Shown here: positions 11,845 to 24,928 of the stretch, in pieces | Numbering within the stretch: position 1 is the first letter of the stretch | Layout of the letters: every line of letters starts with the position of its first letter | Made by a program: the position numbers and the translations under genes | Source of the DNA: Hydrolagus affinis | Taxonomy: Eukaryota | Direction: 5' to 3' | NCBI GenBank assembly: GCA_012026655.1 | Contig: JAAILG010002295.1 | Span: 1 to 56,055 of the forward strand | DNA length: 56,055 bases | The notes under the pieces: generated by a model | Databases searched by the model: none | The model's input: the letters and a program-made list of their open reading frames with translations, nothing else | Told to the model about the DNA's origin: nothing

Positions 11845-13885
11845 CTGTAATTAATAACTTACTAATTCTGTGGGACAGCCTCTCGACGTGAAAGGCGCTG
11901 TATAAATGTAAGTTTTGATTGATTGATTGGTTGATTGGTTGATTGAAGTCACAATAACACAGTATGGCACTATGGTTAATGCTTGGAATGTTATTATTGG
12001 TAGTACTGTAGTATTAATTCATATCATAAAACGCCCAGAAAGAGCATGAGGGGACTTACCAGCTAGAAGATGGAGCTCAGGACTCGGTTGACTTGGAGGA
12101 TGAGGACGTTTTGGCCACTTGGATGATCTCGACCGAGGTGTAGCCTTTGCCATACGCAGCGCGGCTCCTGGTGCGGAGTTTGTTGAGGGTGGATTCCGCT
12201 ATTCCCGCTCTCTCCTCAGCGTCGTCCAGCTCGTGCACTGTGTGCCTGTACTTGGTCAGGCTCTGGTTAGCCTGCTCTTCCTGTGTCCCAGAAAAATCTC
12301 AGCGTTACAATGGAGCCATTGGACTGCGCAGCTTAACTGTTCAACGTAAACACTACCTGACCAAACGTCAATACACCTTTTTAAGATTTAACGATCCTTG
12401 GCATTCGGTACAGCGCCTTGTCACATCACCGAGACTTAGCTGGAAACACGCACTGTAAACTGAACTGACCGTATTTTGTGGGTGAAACATGGCGGCCAAT
12501 TGGCACAGCGGCGTCCAGGTTACACACTTTGATTTGCCAACACATCACTTCAGAGCAACGTTACAACAACTCCTAGGCTTCACCTGACAGCCAGTCAAGC
12601 AGCCTGTACCCCATTGTGAGCTGCATCAGTCCCACGCTTGGTTTGTCTTGACTCTACAAGTTAGCTGCCTCGACTTCACTGTGATGTTCCTATGATGTGC
12701 AAACGCAATACGAGAGGCACTCACGGATTCCTCTATCTGCCTCTTGTAGCTCTTGAGCTTGCCCTGCAGTTTCTCCACCAGCTCCTGCATGCGCTGGTTG
12801 GTTTTGTGGTCTTCCTCAGTCTGGAAGACCAGCTCCTTCAGCCGCCGCTCATTCTTGTGCAGCGCCTTCACCGTTTCAACGTGGCGTTTCTGCTCAACAT
12901 CCAGCTCGCTCTCCATCTCTTTAACCTAAACCGCGGGGAGGGGAGGGGAGGGGAGGGGCAGGTTAAATAAGTAGAGGCACACATGCACATTTGGACAGTT
13001 GTTACCAAGGACAATTCCCTCCACTGTTTGTGTTACGTACCCTGGCCTCCAGCTTCTGAATGATGCGACGGCCTCCCTTGATGACTATTTGTTCGGACTC
13101 TTCCAACTTGACCATCAGGTCCTTGATGTGGAGTTCCTGGTTCTTCTTGGTCTTCTCCAGGTGCATGCAATGGTCCTGCTCCTGCCGCAGCTCCTCCGAC
13201 ATGCGGGTCACCTGCGAACACGACAAAGCGGAGGACGTTTACATCCTCACCACACTGAAAATAACCCCAACTTTACTTATGGCATTAATCTATTTTGTGT
13301 GTGTGTGTGTGTGTGGGGGGGGGGGGGGAGGGGAACCCCCCCCACACAAAATAGTGTCAAATAGACTCGCAGGTCAAGGGCAATACCAACCAGAACAAAG
13401 GTTGCATTGGCTGAGGCACAGAACTCAACTCCAACCGAAGAAGAGCATCTTCCATTGGCATTTCCAATATTCCCTTGTCCAGAACAATAACTGAATGTTA
13501 TTGGTGCTGAATATGGGCTCATCTTGGTTCCAACCCACTGGGCATTGGGACTGGAAACGGTGGGTACACGGACGCTGGATGGGAGAAAGGCACGTTGCAT
13601 TTGGCTGGATGGGGGGGTGTCCCACACTTACATCGACCATGGCTTTCTTTGCCTTCTCATCAGCCACACGGAACTCGTGGATCAGCTCCTCGTACGTGTT
13701 TGTGAGCTGCTGAAAGTCGTACTCCAGCTTCCGCTTGATGGTCACTATGGTTTGGTGCTGCGGAGAGAGATGGCCTGGCCAGTTTAATCACTTCACATTG
13801 GGATTTCCTTTGCAGAAGGCAGACATGAGTTACTGAGCCCTGACTGACGTGTGATCCATCACAGACAATATCCATCAAGGTCCAC

Positions 13886-14210
13886 AATATAATAATATTA
13901 ATAATCCTTGCATTTGATATAGCGGCTTTTCACATCTTATCGATGTCTCAAAGCGCTTCACAGAATACACTGTAAAGTGAATTGACTGTATATTTGTGGG
14001 TGAAACGCGGCAGCCGATTGCGCACAGCAGCGTCCCCCACAAACAGTTGTGGATTGAAATGACCCATTTTATTATTGTGGGGGTTTTTGGAGGGATTATT
14101 ATGAGGCGTGTGGACTAAGGAAACTTGCCCAAGGTTTCGCTCTGATCTGCCTGGATTTGAAACACAGGTCTCAAGCTTGTAAGGCGAGCGCTCTAACCAC
14201 TGAGCTACCT
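13886..14210 (-). mobile_element. Full-length tRNA-derived SINE (shorter head variant)
   Basis: Head GTAGCTCAGTGGTTAGAGCGCTCGCCTTACAAGC with the same core and tail. Confidence 0.85.
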
Positions 14211-14751
14211 TCTGCGGAACGTAATAATCTGTGCATTTAATACACCATGTTTCACATCAGGAAGATGTGTTAAAGCGTTTCACCAGGGTTTACTGTGAAG
14301 TGACTCCTCGAGTATTGGGGTGGGTTTCCGGACAACCCAACTGAGCCCAATAGAGAAAGTTCAGACAAGGGCGAGGTCGGTGTTTACCTGCACGTTGATC
14401 TCATTGTATCTCTCAGTGATTTCAATGATCTCTTGTTCCATCAGTTTGCGAGAGCGTTCGCTGGCCTCCAGGGCGCTGCGGATTTCCTCCAGCTCCGTCT
14501 GCAGCAGGCTGACCCGGCGTTCGGAGAGATTGTACTGCTCACGAAGCTCCTCGTGTTGGCGAGAGTCTTCGTCCATCTGAGTTTGCATCTCCTGAGGTGA
14601 GGGAGGGAACAAAGAATGTGAGGGCGACCAGTCTGGAAATCTTGAACGCACATTTTAATCAACTAAATTCTCAACAGCTTCATAATTATTATCGGGACTT
14701 TAAAGAATTTTTCAAATTTCTGGGTGGGTTGAAAGTTTCCAAATTTATGTA

Positions 14752-15097
14752 TTAATAATAATAATAATCCTTGCATTTGATATAGCGCTTTTCACATCTT
14801 ATTAACGTCTCAAAGCGTTTCACAGAATATACTGTAAAGTGAATTGACTGTATATTTGTGGGCGAAACGCGGCAGCCAATTGTGCACAGCGGCGTCCCCC
14901 ACACAAACAGTCGTGGATTGAAATGACCAATTTTATTATTGTGGTTTGTTTTTGGAGGGATTATTATTAGGCGTGTGGAGTAAGGAAACTTGCCCAAGGT
15001 TTCGCCCTGACCTGCCTGGATTCGAACACAAGTTTCCCCAGCTTGGTCTCCCCAGCTTGCAAGACAAGTGCTCTAACCACTGAGCCACAGGAGCTCC
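14752..15097 (-). mobile_element. Full-length tRNA-derived SINE
   Basis: Same structure as 9174-9521, with B box GTTCGAATCC. Confidence 0.85.
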
Positions 15098-18000
15098 ACA
15101 AATTGTGGATTGATCAATTGAGTAATGACTGTGAGAAATTTGAGACTTTCAAGATATTGATCGAACATCGGACTCAATAACAAGGTTGATTATTGTTGGA
15201 ATAGAATTCTATTAAAATCACCTTGAGCTGCTGCTGGAGTTTCTTGAGGGTTTTGACCAGCTCCGCGTTGTTTTTGTTGGCGTGGTCCAGTTGGATCTCC
15301 ATCTCGTTCAGGTCCGATTCCATCTTCTTCTTCAGCCTGAGAGCCTCAGCGCGTCCCTTGGACTCCACCTCCAGGCTGGCCTGCAGGGACTCAATAGCGC
15401 GTTGGTGGTTCTTCCTGCGAGTGTACATTAAGACACCGTGAAATGGAAATGAAATCATTGAGAGGCATTTTACTGAGGTGGCAGATTCTAAAATGTTCAC
15501 TGTTAACCCGGAGAAGGAGAGAGAGCGCGCGAGGTTACACTGTGTACCTGGTGATCTCGAATTCTTCTTCCTTCTCATGGATCCTTCGGTCAACGTCTGC
15601 CTTGACCTGCGCCAACTCCAGCTAAAGACGGACAATCTTACCTTCTTGGACCTGAAGAGATAGAAACCAATCAGGACACAGCAGCCAGTAACGTGGCTCC
15701 CAGTTCTGACCTGGGTTTCTTTTGTTCTCCCCTCTCCGTTTGAACCTTTCACATCACTTATCGTTCTCGAGGTAAAGTGTCACATTGTAGGCACTTGTTG
15801 GATCTCAACAGGATCAATAACACACCCAGGATGCTCCAAAACTGTACCAACATTTGCGAGTAAAAACTTACTGTCAATTATTATTAATGGGGTGGGGGCG
15901 AGCCTCTCAATCAGTCTAAGTCTTTCAATTGACCTGTTCTTCTGTTGCCACACATCATGTTGGGATTGCCTACGTTACCTCCAATGTAGCTTCACTCTCC
16001 TCCAATGCCAACTGCAGTTCCTCCTTCTCAATCTCTAGCTTCTTCTTTATCTTCTGGAGCTCATGGATGCTCTTCCCACCCTCGCCAAGCTGGTCCACCA
16101 GGTCTTTCACCTCATCTGAAGAGACCACAAAAGAGAGGGTGAGTTCACCAGATTACAGCAGTGGGCATGGCACAGACTTGCCCCCAAGTCATCATCAGTC
16201 AGTCACAGATGGATAAGATGATCCATGGAGTAACTCACAAACTTCAGTCCACACTGGATGTGGGTGGGTGTGAGGGGGAAGTTTAACTCGGTGTCCTGAC
16301 CAACATCTGCCATATTTTTTTAAAAAATGTCGCTCACTTCATGGCTGTTTTGTGGGAAGTTTGTAGGCATTTTGCAGGTGTAGGTCACTATACTCCACAT
16401 TAAATTCTGCAAAGCGCTTTGTGAAATCCCTCCGATGTGAAAGGCACTGCATCAAAAACGCAAGGGTTATTACTAATTACCTTGCAGATTTCTGTTCTCC
16501 TTCCTCACACTCTCCAGCTGGTCCGTAACTTCTTCATACACGGTCTTGAGTTTGTAGACCTCAGTCATGTGGATCCTGCATTCCTTCTGTGAGACGTCTA
16601 ACTGAATCTGTAACTCCTCATACTTCTGCTGCCACTCAGCCAGCGTCTTGTCAAAGACTCGCTGCTTCTTGTCCAGGGCAGCGGCTGCAGCGTTGGCCTG
16701 AAGGAGAGGCCGCAGGAAAACAATTACTAAGAAAAAATCAATTAAAACTTACATTTATATAGCGCCTTTCACGTTGAGACGATGTCCCAAGGCGCTGTAC
16801 AGTCAGGTAGGGACAAGAGCAGAGGGGGAGGGGTCGGGGCAGTATGAAGAAGAGTAGGAAAATTGACTGTATATTTGTGGACAAAAGTCTGTCACACATA
16901 TAGATATAAAACAGCAATATAGTCTGAGGATTGTTTCTCCCAGGGCACTGGGAGAATTGACTTTCTGTTTTTGTATTCGTAGCATCTTTAATACGAAATT
17001 TAGAAGATGTCAATTTGTACCTTCTCCAGTTCAATGGTGAGATCCTCCACCTCCCCAGTCAGTCTCTGCTTAGCTTTCTCCAGACTGGAAGCCCTGGCCT
17101 GGGCTGATTCCGATGTCTCTTCAGCCTCCTGTAGCCTAGCTGCCAGCTTCTTCCTACAGACGGCAACAGAGAGAGAGAGAGTTTTGGAATCTGTACACTT
17201 GTCACATCGCAATCTCACTACTGGTATTTATAGTATGTTATATATTAATCTAGTATGTTATATATTAATCAGGCTGTATATTATAGTATGTGAGGCTGAC
17301 ACTCACTTGGTCTCTTCCAGCTCCTCTGTTCTCTGGATGGCATCTGTCTCATACTTGGTCCTCCATGTGGTGACCTCAGCGTTGAGTTTGGAGATCAGGC
17401 GCTGGAACTCAGACTTGGCCTCTTGCTCTTCATCGAGCTGCTCTCTTATCAGGGCCAAGTCATGCTTGGCATTGGCCAGGCTCACCATAGCCACACTCCT
17501 CACCTGCAGCACAACATCGACAGGATCAGTCACGGAAAGGAGTGTTTGCATTGCTCCTTTCACATTGGGAAAGATGTCTCAAGTCGCTGGGTTTCACTAA
17601 CAAACATTATTTAAGTCTTGTACAGTCTACTAGCAATGACATAATGCTTGTGACTTGCCCTCAGGAAACTCTCTGAAGCAGTTGTCATCTCCCTTTTCAG
17701 CCACATAACTCGCTGATCGATGGGTTAGCCACAAAACCTCCCAAAGTAAGGTTTGCTTTGCTGACTTCTGGTTATTAGTGCAAGTCGCAATGGTTACTGG
17801 CAAATGAAGACACAATTCTGTCCACTGACAGACAGACACTGCAGACTCTTCACAATTGAATTTTATCCCCACGAATGTCTTTATTTCCCTGCAGTTTCAA
17901 ACCTGTGAAATTTCCATGAAATCACAGCCGTAGCAACGGTGCTCGGGTCCCGACCTGATCGTCCAGCGCCTTGGGACGTCCTCCCGACGTGAAAGGCGCT

Positions 18001-18696
18001 CTATCAATGTAATTTTGTTGTCGTCGTTGTTGTTGTTGTTGCTTTGACCTCGGCCTCCAATGTTGTGTTGCTGTGTGTGTGTGTGTGTGCCATCCACCAG
18101 CTCACCAGCGCCGCCACCAGGAGGCCGGTGTGTTGTACAATTGCAGTACCTCCATTGTCCATTGGGAAACTACTATATGCCAATGCTACACTCTCTGAAA
18201 TACTCAATGATTATATTTGAGTCAGTTCCTTTCACATCGGGGTGGAGGGGGAGGGGGGAAAGGCACATCCTGGGATACACTATAAAGTGCATCGACCGTG
18301 TATTTGATTGGCCGACGCAGCAGTCAATTTGGCCGTAGGTGACGTCTGACAAACAGCCACCATGTGAATGAACAAGCTATAGATGACACATGTCTATATC
18401 TGGAGATAATTCGAGAGAAAAATCTGCTGCTCATCAAACACGTCATCGTCACTCTCATCCCCCAAAGAAACTCTGACTCAATCCAGTGAGGAACCGACTT
18501 GGAGCTTGTCTCACCTTTGACTCCTCCTCGGCCTGCCTTTTGAAATCATCCACTTGCGAGCTCAGGGTAGTTTTGATCCTGGTCACCTGGATCAGTCTGC
18601 TGTTGGATTCATCGTACGTTCGGCTCAGCTCACTGTTTTCGGCTAGAATAATAGAAGGTCTGTCTGGTTACGTCTCTACTGAGTCAGTGAATTTCA

Positions 18697-18723
18697 GCAG
18701 CACCACCACCACAACAACAACAA

Positions 18724-18755
<32 letters not shown>
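18697..18755. repeat. Compound (CAC)(CAA)(CAG) trinucleotide microsatellite, intronic
   Basis: Read directly from the sequence. Confidence 0.9.
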
Positions 18756-21700
18756 TGTCCTGTATTCACACAGCCAGACTTCCCGCAGGATAAGGTCTCA
18801 CTGATCTTCACAGTGTCAGGGAATCAACACTGGACGAGGGAAAAGCGGGAAGCTGAGCACAGGTGATCTCGAAGAGGTAGCGTTAAAGGCGTTTAACTGT
18901 GCGATTCACATTGCTATAGTCTGTGCTGGATGTTGTACAGGAGATTTAGCCGGAAAATGGGATCTCCTTACCCCGGAATTGTTTCCCAATGCCGGTTAAT
19001 TCCCAACATCAGTAAATCAGTCCAGATGGGTTTTGCAAAATCTGGATACTTTCCAACAGGGGAAAGATGGGAACAATTTTCTAAAGGTTTGATATCTCCT
19101 CACCAGGCCTCTTCCCACTCAGTAGAGAGTGCCATCAAGGCAACTGGTTTGGGCTTCCTAACTCTGGGAAAGGCCGGTGACCAATTTAGCCTCCCTACCC
19201 AACCCTGCCTGAAACTAGTAAACTCAGGTCTATCCATTAAACAACTAGGACTGGCCCCAATTGTTATGCTTCCAAAACCACCCTTTACATCTGAAAAAAC
19301 ATATTAACTTTCAGATGACACCATATTCACAGGGCCAACACATAGCGGTTCCGTGTTAATTCCTCATTCCCCCTGTCTTGTAACTTTATCACTGCTTCCT
19401 CCCACACACAGACCATTGAAAATAATCCAGCAAAAAATCCAGCATGAACAGCAGCAGCCGTGGCTCCTGGATGGCTGCTTGTGAACTGTAATGAGACTGG
19501 AACAATAGGGACAGATCAAACGCAAAAGAAAACTGAGAGGAAACCAGATCAGTCCAGGAAATTAATTTGTCTGTTTTGACTGTCATTTTTTTAGGGGGCG
19601 CAATAAATTGTGTTACTGTACAGGGCGTTGGGACCAGGGACCAAACACACACCCAGAGGCAAAGAGACATCAAACCTTTTTGGGAAGTTGTTCAAATCTT
19701 GTCCCTATTAGAAACTGAATGAAATTCATGAGTAAGTTGACACAAGACATATAGCTTGCAGGCTGTAAAGTTTGGCTGGTTGAGTTTGTGTGGTCGTCCG
19801 AATGAGTGTGTTAATCTGTGACCTCCAAAGTTCTTAGCTGTTGAAGCACCACTGTCCCGCAATCTCACTTTGTATTAGCCCATCATACCTTACAATTTAA
19901 GACAGTGCAGAATTGAGGGATATTTCTCAAGTTCAGTCTTACTTCAGAAGCCGTTCAGTCCGAGTGCTGGAGAAAAACGCGTTCCAAATTGAGTCTGAAT
20001 TTAAGAACTTTAAGAATTCTGCGGCATTCGACTTGAAGATAAAATGGTGTTGTGTGTGTGTTGTGTGTATGGTGGGGGTACGATAAGATTAAACGTTGTT
20101 CCTTTGACAGCAGATGATTATTAACTGTGCCTAACCGGTGAGCCTGGTTTTCAATCCATTGAGTTCTGTTGTGTTCCTCTCCATTTCAGCGAGTTTAGCA
20201 TTGGCCTCAGCGAGGCTATCCTCCAACTTCCTGACATGCATCTCAGAGTTGGCCTATTGCAGGGGAAGAGCAAGGGATGGTAATTTCCCAGTTATTGAAA
20301 CAATAGAACAACATCAACCCGCAGGAAGAAGCCATCCTCGCACCTGCGTTTGTAGTGTGGAGTATATTTCAAAGAGATTCTCAAAGTTACTGTACAGTGG
20401 TGTGACTGTGCATATGTGTGTCCGAGTCCGGCAGCCAATTTGCTCACTGCAGTGCTCCACAAACAGCGCAATAGTCAATAGTTATTTTATAACCTCGGGG
20501 AATTGTTAGGCAGGACACGCAGAGAAAACTCTCTTCTTTAAGGGAAGGCTTGGAACGAGGAAAGGGTATTTTCACTCTGCCAATCTCTCCCTGCTCCCCC
20601 ACCCCCTCCCACCCCAACCCTCGGGTTCCTTTGGCTTTCTGACCTTGGTTTTCTGCGAGGTCTCTAGGTTGGTGCTCAGGTCGTCGAGCTCAGCTTTCAT
20701 GAACTGCTTGTCCTTCTCCAGTTTGTTTTTGACCCTCTGCAGGTTCTCCACCTGCTCGGCCATCTCGGCCATGGAGTCGGAGTGTTTCTTCCTGAAGGCG
20801 GAGGCGGTGGCCTCGGCCTGAAGCGAGGCTTCCTCCACCTCCCGCCGCAGCTTCAGGAGCTCGATCTCTCGCTTCTTGTTACTCTCGATCTGTGTGGGCA
20901 GAAGAGAAGAGGGGGCAAGAGGGTGGGGGAGGGTAGGTGGGGGTGGGGGAAGGAGGGGAGATGTGTCAGCCCACCCAAAATATGGCGTACTGTAGGGGAA
21001 ACGTCAAACTGTCGCCATATGTGTGACAACTGTGATGCACAAGTCAGATTTTTGTACAGTTGATGTTACTGTATATAAAATACACTTCAATATCAATGCA
21101 CCAGGCAGCTAATGGTGTTCCGAGGTCTTGTATGACAACGACAACAAAACACCAACATAAAATAACTGCTGTGCGCTTTGTAGGATGAAACCTCTATCAC
21201 AAGGGTGGGGAGGGGCTGGTGTACGGAGTACCTGGGCCACCGTGGCACCACCAGCTTCCTCCAGTCTGTCGTTCAGATCCTCCAACTCCCGCGAAAGCTC
21301 AGCTCTCTGCTTCTCCACCTGAACACATCAGAAAAGCGGGAACATCAGATACCTTTGGCACTTTGGACTAGCTAAGCACAACCTGCTGCCTCTCCACAAC
21401 AGTCCAGTGGCCTAGATTGGCAGCAGTAACACTGACCCAGGGGTGGACCAACACACTCACACACTCTCACACACACTCACACAGTCTCACACACACAAAC
21501 ACTCTCTCTCACACACAGTCAGTGACTGATTTCTCTTGTCAGTATAGTTGATAGTACAGTCCTATTGGGTTAAAAAAAAATGAGTTCCCATTTTATGCAA
21601 GACATGAAAGGTTTCCTAATTATAGAAACAATGGCAGAGGGACAGGAGGGTGGGATTAGTCAGGTCAAAGGGCCTTCTTCACCAGAACCCAATTATTGTA

Positions 21701-22577
21701 TGTGATACAAAACAGTTTGGAACACTTTTCAGTTCTAGTGCAAAGGACAAATGTTTAGTTACACCCTGCCCTGGGCTCACCTTGGATTTCATGTTACGCT
21801 CTGCCTCAAGCTCCTCTTCGAGCTCTTCAATGCGTGCCTGGGAATCAGAGAGTAGCCCATTACCATACAATTCCCTCCCAAGTCATCACAGATTAACATG
21901 TCACAGTTCCCAGCATCTGGGCTGGACTGTACCTGATGCTCCTTGAATTTCCTGTGCAGTGTGGTATTCAGTGACTGTTCATCTTCCCACTTGCTGTTGA
22001 CAGAATTAATCTCCAGTTCCTTCCTGTAACGAACAAAAGGCATCTGAAGGGCTGGGCACAGAACCACGGGTCAAAAGCATCACAGTTGGCAAATAGTTGG
22101 GGGGGAAACGATTCGTAACGGAAGCTTTTAATGTTTCCACCAGATCTGGGAAGGCTTGTCTTCTCAGAAAATTTGTTGGTGGCTTCGTTTTCCAGATAAT
22201 TCGGCGACTACAGATTCACGGAACCCTCTACCATTCTCAAAGTGCGTCAGTACAAAGTTTATTTTATGCACGTTTCACTGGCTAGAGGACGAGGCTGTTA
22301 GGCTGCCTTGTCTATCAGGCGAGTTCGCTCACAGACGTAGGTTACACACTTTTTGAGCACCTCCTCCAGATCAATCTTGGAACGCTCCATATCATTCAGG
22401 TTATCGATAGTCATTCTCAGGTCTCCCTCAGCCTTCCGCCGGGCCTTCTCCACCTCGGCCCTGATCTTCTTCTCCTGGCTCCAATTGTCTTCCAGCTGCC
22501 AATTCAACACAATGTGTTAACGGTGAAGGAGAGTTTGGTGTTATCCCCACCGCACACAGGCACATGTTGAGAACACT

Positions 22578-22760
22578 TAAAATCATAGGATCTTACAGCA
22601 CAAAAGGAGGCCATTCGGCCCATCAAGTCTGTGCCCTGGCTCTTCGAAAAGAGCAACTCAATCCCACTCCTCAGCTCTCTCTCTCTCTCTCCCCATAACC
22701 TCGCAAACCCGTCCTCCCCAAATAAACGTCTACCTCTCTTTTTAAAATGTCTACCTCTCT
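22578..22760 (-). mobile_element. CR1 LINE 3' fragment
   Basis: GGAGGCCATTCGGCCCATC...GTCTGTGCC, similar to 37010-37070. Confidence 0.7.
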
Positions 22761-23117
22761 TAGGGGGCAACTGAAGAAAAAAAAAGGTCACCTGCGTCCC
22801 ATTACCTCTTGGATCTGAGAGTTCAGTTTGCTGTTGCTCTTGGTGAGGTGGTTTACTTTATCTTCCTCGGCTTGAAGGTCGTCCAGTGTTTTCTACAGAG
22901 AGAAAGAGTGGTGGCCGAGAGTGAACGATGTGGTGATGTGACCCTGGAATGGATCCCCGGTTGAACGCGGTTAGCGGACGGTTTGACCGTCAGTGTCGCA
23001 CCTTACCTGGTACAGTTCCTCCAAGGCTTTCTTTTCCTTTATTAGCTTGGCAATGGTGTCGTCACGCTGACTGACATCCTGAATCAGGGAGCGCACTCGT
23101 TTGTCCAGCGACTGCCA

Positions 23118-23167
23118 GAGGGAGGGAGGGAGGGAGGGAGGGAGGGAGGGAGGGAGGGAGGGAGGGC
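23118..23167. repeat. (GGGA)n microsatellite
   Basis: Serves as the polypyrimidine tract for the minus-strand exon 23111-23007. Confidence 0.9.
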
Positions 23168-24769
23168 ATGAGAACAAGGTTATTAAAGGTTGAAGAGAAA
23201 CAAGGTATTGTCAATTACAGAAGGACACAATCAGATCCATGGGTTGGGTTTTATCGGTTTAAAAAAAGGTCGGTGAATGATTAGAAATAAGTGGATACGT
23301 TGAGACCACTGTTTTTCCCGTGATTTACAACAACAACAAAATGATATTGACAGAGCAGCTCATGTTCTGAAGCGCTGAATCAGAGGATTCCCAGGATGGA
23401 GTTCCAGAGAGTGGGGGCTGAGAGGCTGAGAACCCTTTCTGGCTCAACCCCAGCTGAGTGGAAGATCAGCAATCCCTAGCGCAGGAGAGAATGGTACCTG
23501 CTTTTCTTTCTCCGTTTTGGCCAGAGTCATCTCCAGAGCCTCCAGGTCACGCTTGAGGTCGGTTGTCTCCTCCTCCAGCTTCCTCTTGGTGGCCGATATA
23601 CTAGAGGAGATGTTCTCCTCCTCTTCCAGCCTCTCCTTCATCTCGGACATTTGGCTTTCTAGGTTAATCTTGCTTTTCATCAGCTGAGTGCATTTCTCCT
23701 CCGCGTCAGACATGTTGTCTTGCTCCTAGAACCACAGAAACATAAAAATTTAACAGAGCAGAAGTAAGCTTTTCGACCTGTTGCGTCCATCCTGGATCTT
23801 TTTTAAAAAAAACAATCCCTTTATTCCCATTCGCAGAAAGTAATTGGGCAGGTTCAACTGGTTTGGGTTCTTGTTGAATACTCGCTGGCTACTTACTGCC
23901 CGCAGTTGTATTTTGAGATCATTATTCTCTTGGGAGAGACTAGCTGTCTTCTCCTCCAGATCCTTCAAGCGTGCAAGTATCTCTTTGGTCTTCTCCAACG
24001 CTGTCCTTAGTTCCTCCTCTTTCTGCTTCATGTCTTCATCTTGACGAGCCACGTTGAGCAGAGGCTTGACCTGTGGGTATTTCCAAGGGCAGTGTAAGAG
24101 TTCCAGTAAACAGCCACAAGGTGTTGGATTATACTATCCATGTTTAATTTGCAGTAGCTTTACTGTAAGCCTGTGCTAGTGTCCCCTCTAAAAACAGGCT
24201 CAGTGGAGGCTGATAGTACAACACAATTCCTCTGGGATACTCACCTTAGTGTACAGCTTCCACCAACCCCAGTAACGCAGTTGTAGGAATTTGCGAATGT
24301 TTCGCTGAATGACAATCAGTGCTATCCTGCAAACAAAGTAGAGAAATTGTTAGAGAAACTCTGGAAGCCCAAACCCTAATGAGTAGGTTGTCTCTAGCTG
24401 GACAAGCGGTGGGAAGCTTTTGCAATGGTTTTGAGTTGGTTAAACTCTAGTAGTGACCCCACCCGCACACATTTGTCGGGTCCCCAACAACCTTTGACTC
24501 CTGACAAATTGCACCTAATTCTTCCTGTGATTAAGTAAACAGGGAGTGTGTCCACAATAAATAATAATAATAATCCTTGCATTTGATATCGCGGCTTTTC
24601 ACATCTTATCGACGTCTCAAAGCGCTTCGCGGAATATACTGTAAAGTGAATTGACTGTGTATATTTGTGGGAGAATCGCAGCAGCCAATTAAACATAAAA
24701 CATTTTAAAAAATTAAACACTGAACGTAAAGAACAACAGCATCAACTTGCATTTACAGAACACTTGAAC

Positions 24770-24928
24770 ATTTTCAAGGCTGAGACTGATAAATTTATTT
24801 TTAAAAATAGAGGGATTAGGGGATATGGGGATAGGGCAGGTAATTAGAGTTAGGTGAGAATCAGCCATGAGGCTCGAGGGGCTAAATGGCCTACTCCTGC
24901 TCCGACTTCTTATGATCTTAAGTTCTTA
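24770..24928 (+). mobile_element. CR1-like LINE 3' fragment (second subfamily)
   Basis: GGGCTAAATGGCCTACTCCTGCTCC followed by a TTCTTATGATCTTA tail. A reverse-orientation relative lies at 26780-26920. Confidence 0.6.

Noticed and set aside
19100-19345. Structured-looking segment in the long MYH16-B intron (snoRNA or old repeat?)
   Set aside because: No C/D or H/ACA boxes or family similarity could be established by eye.
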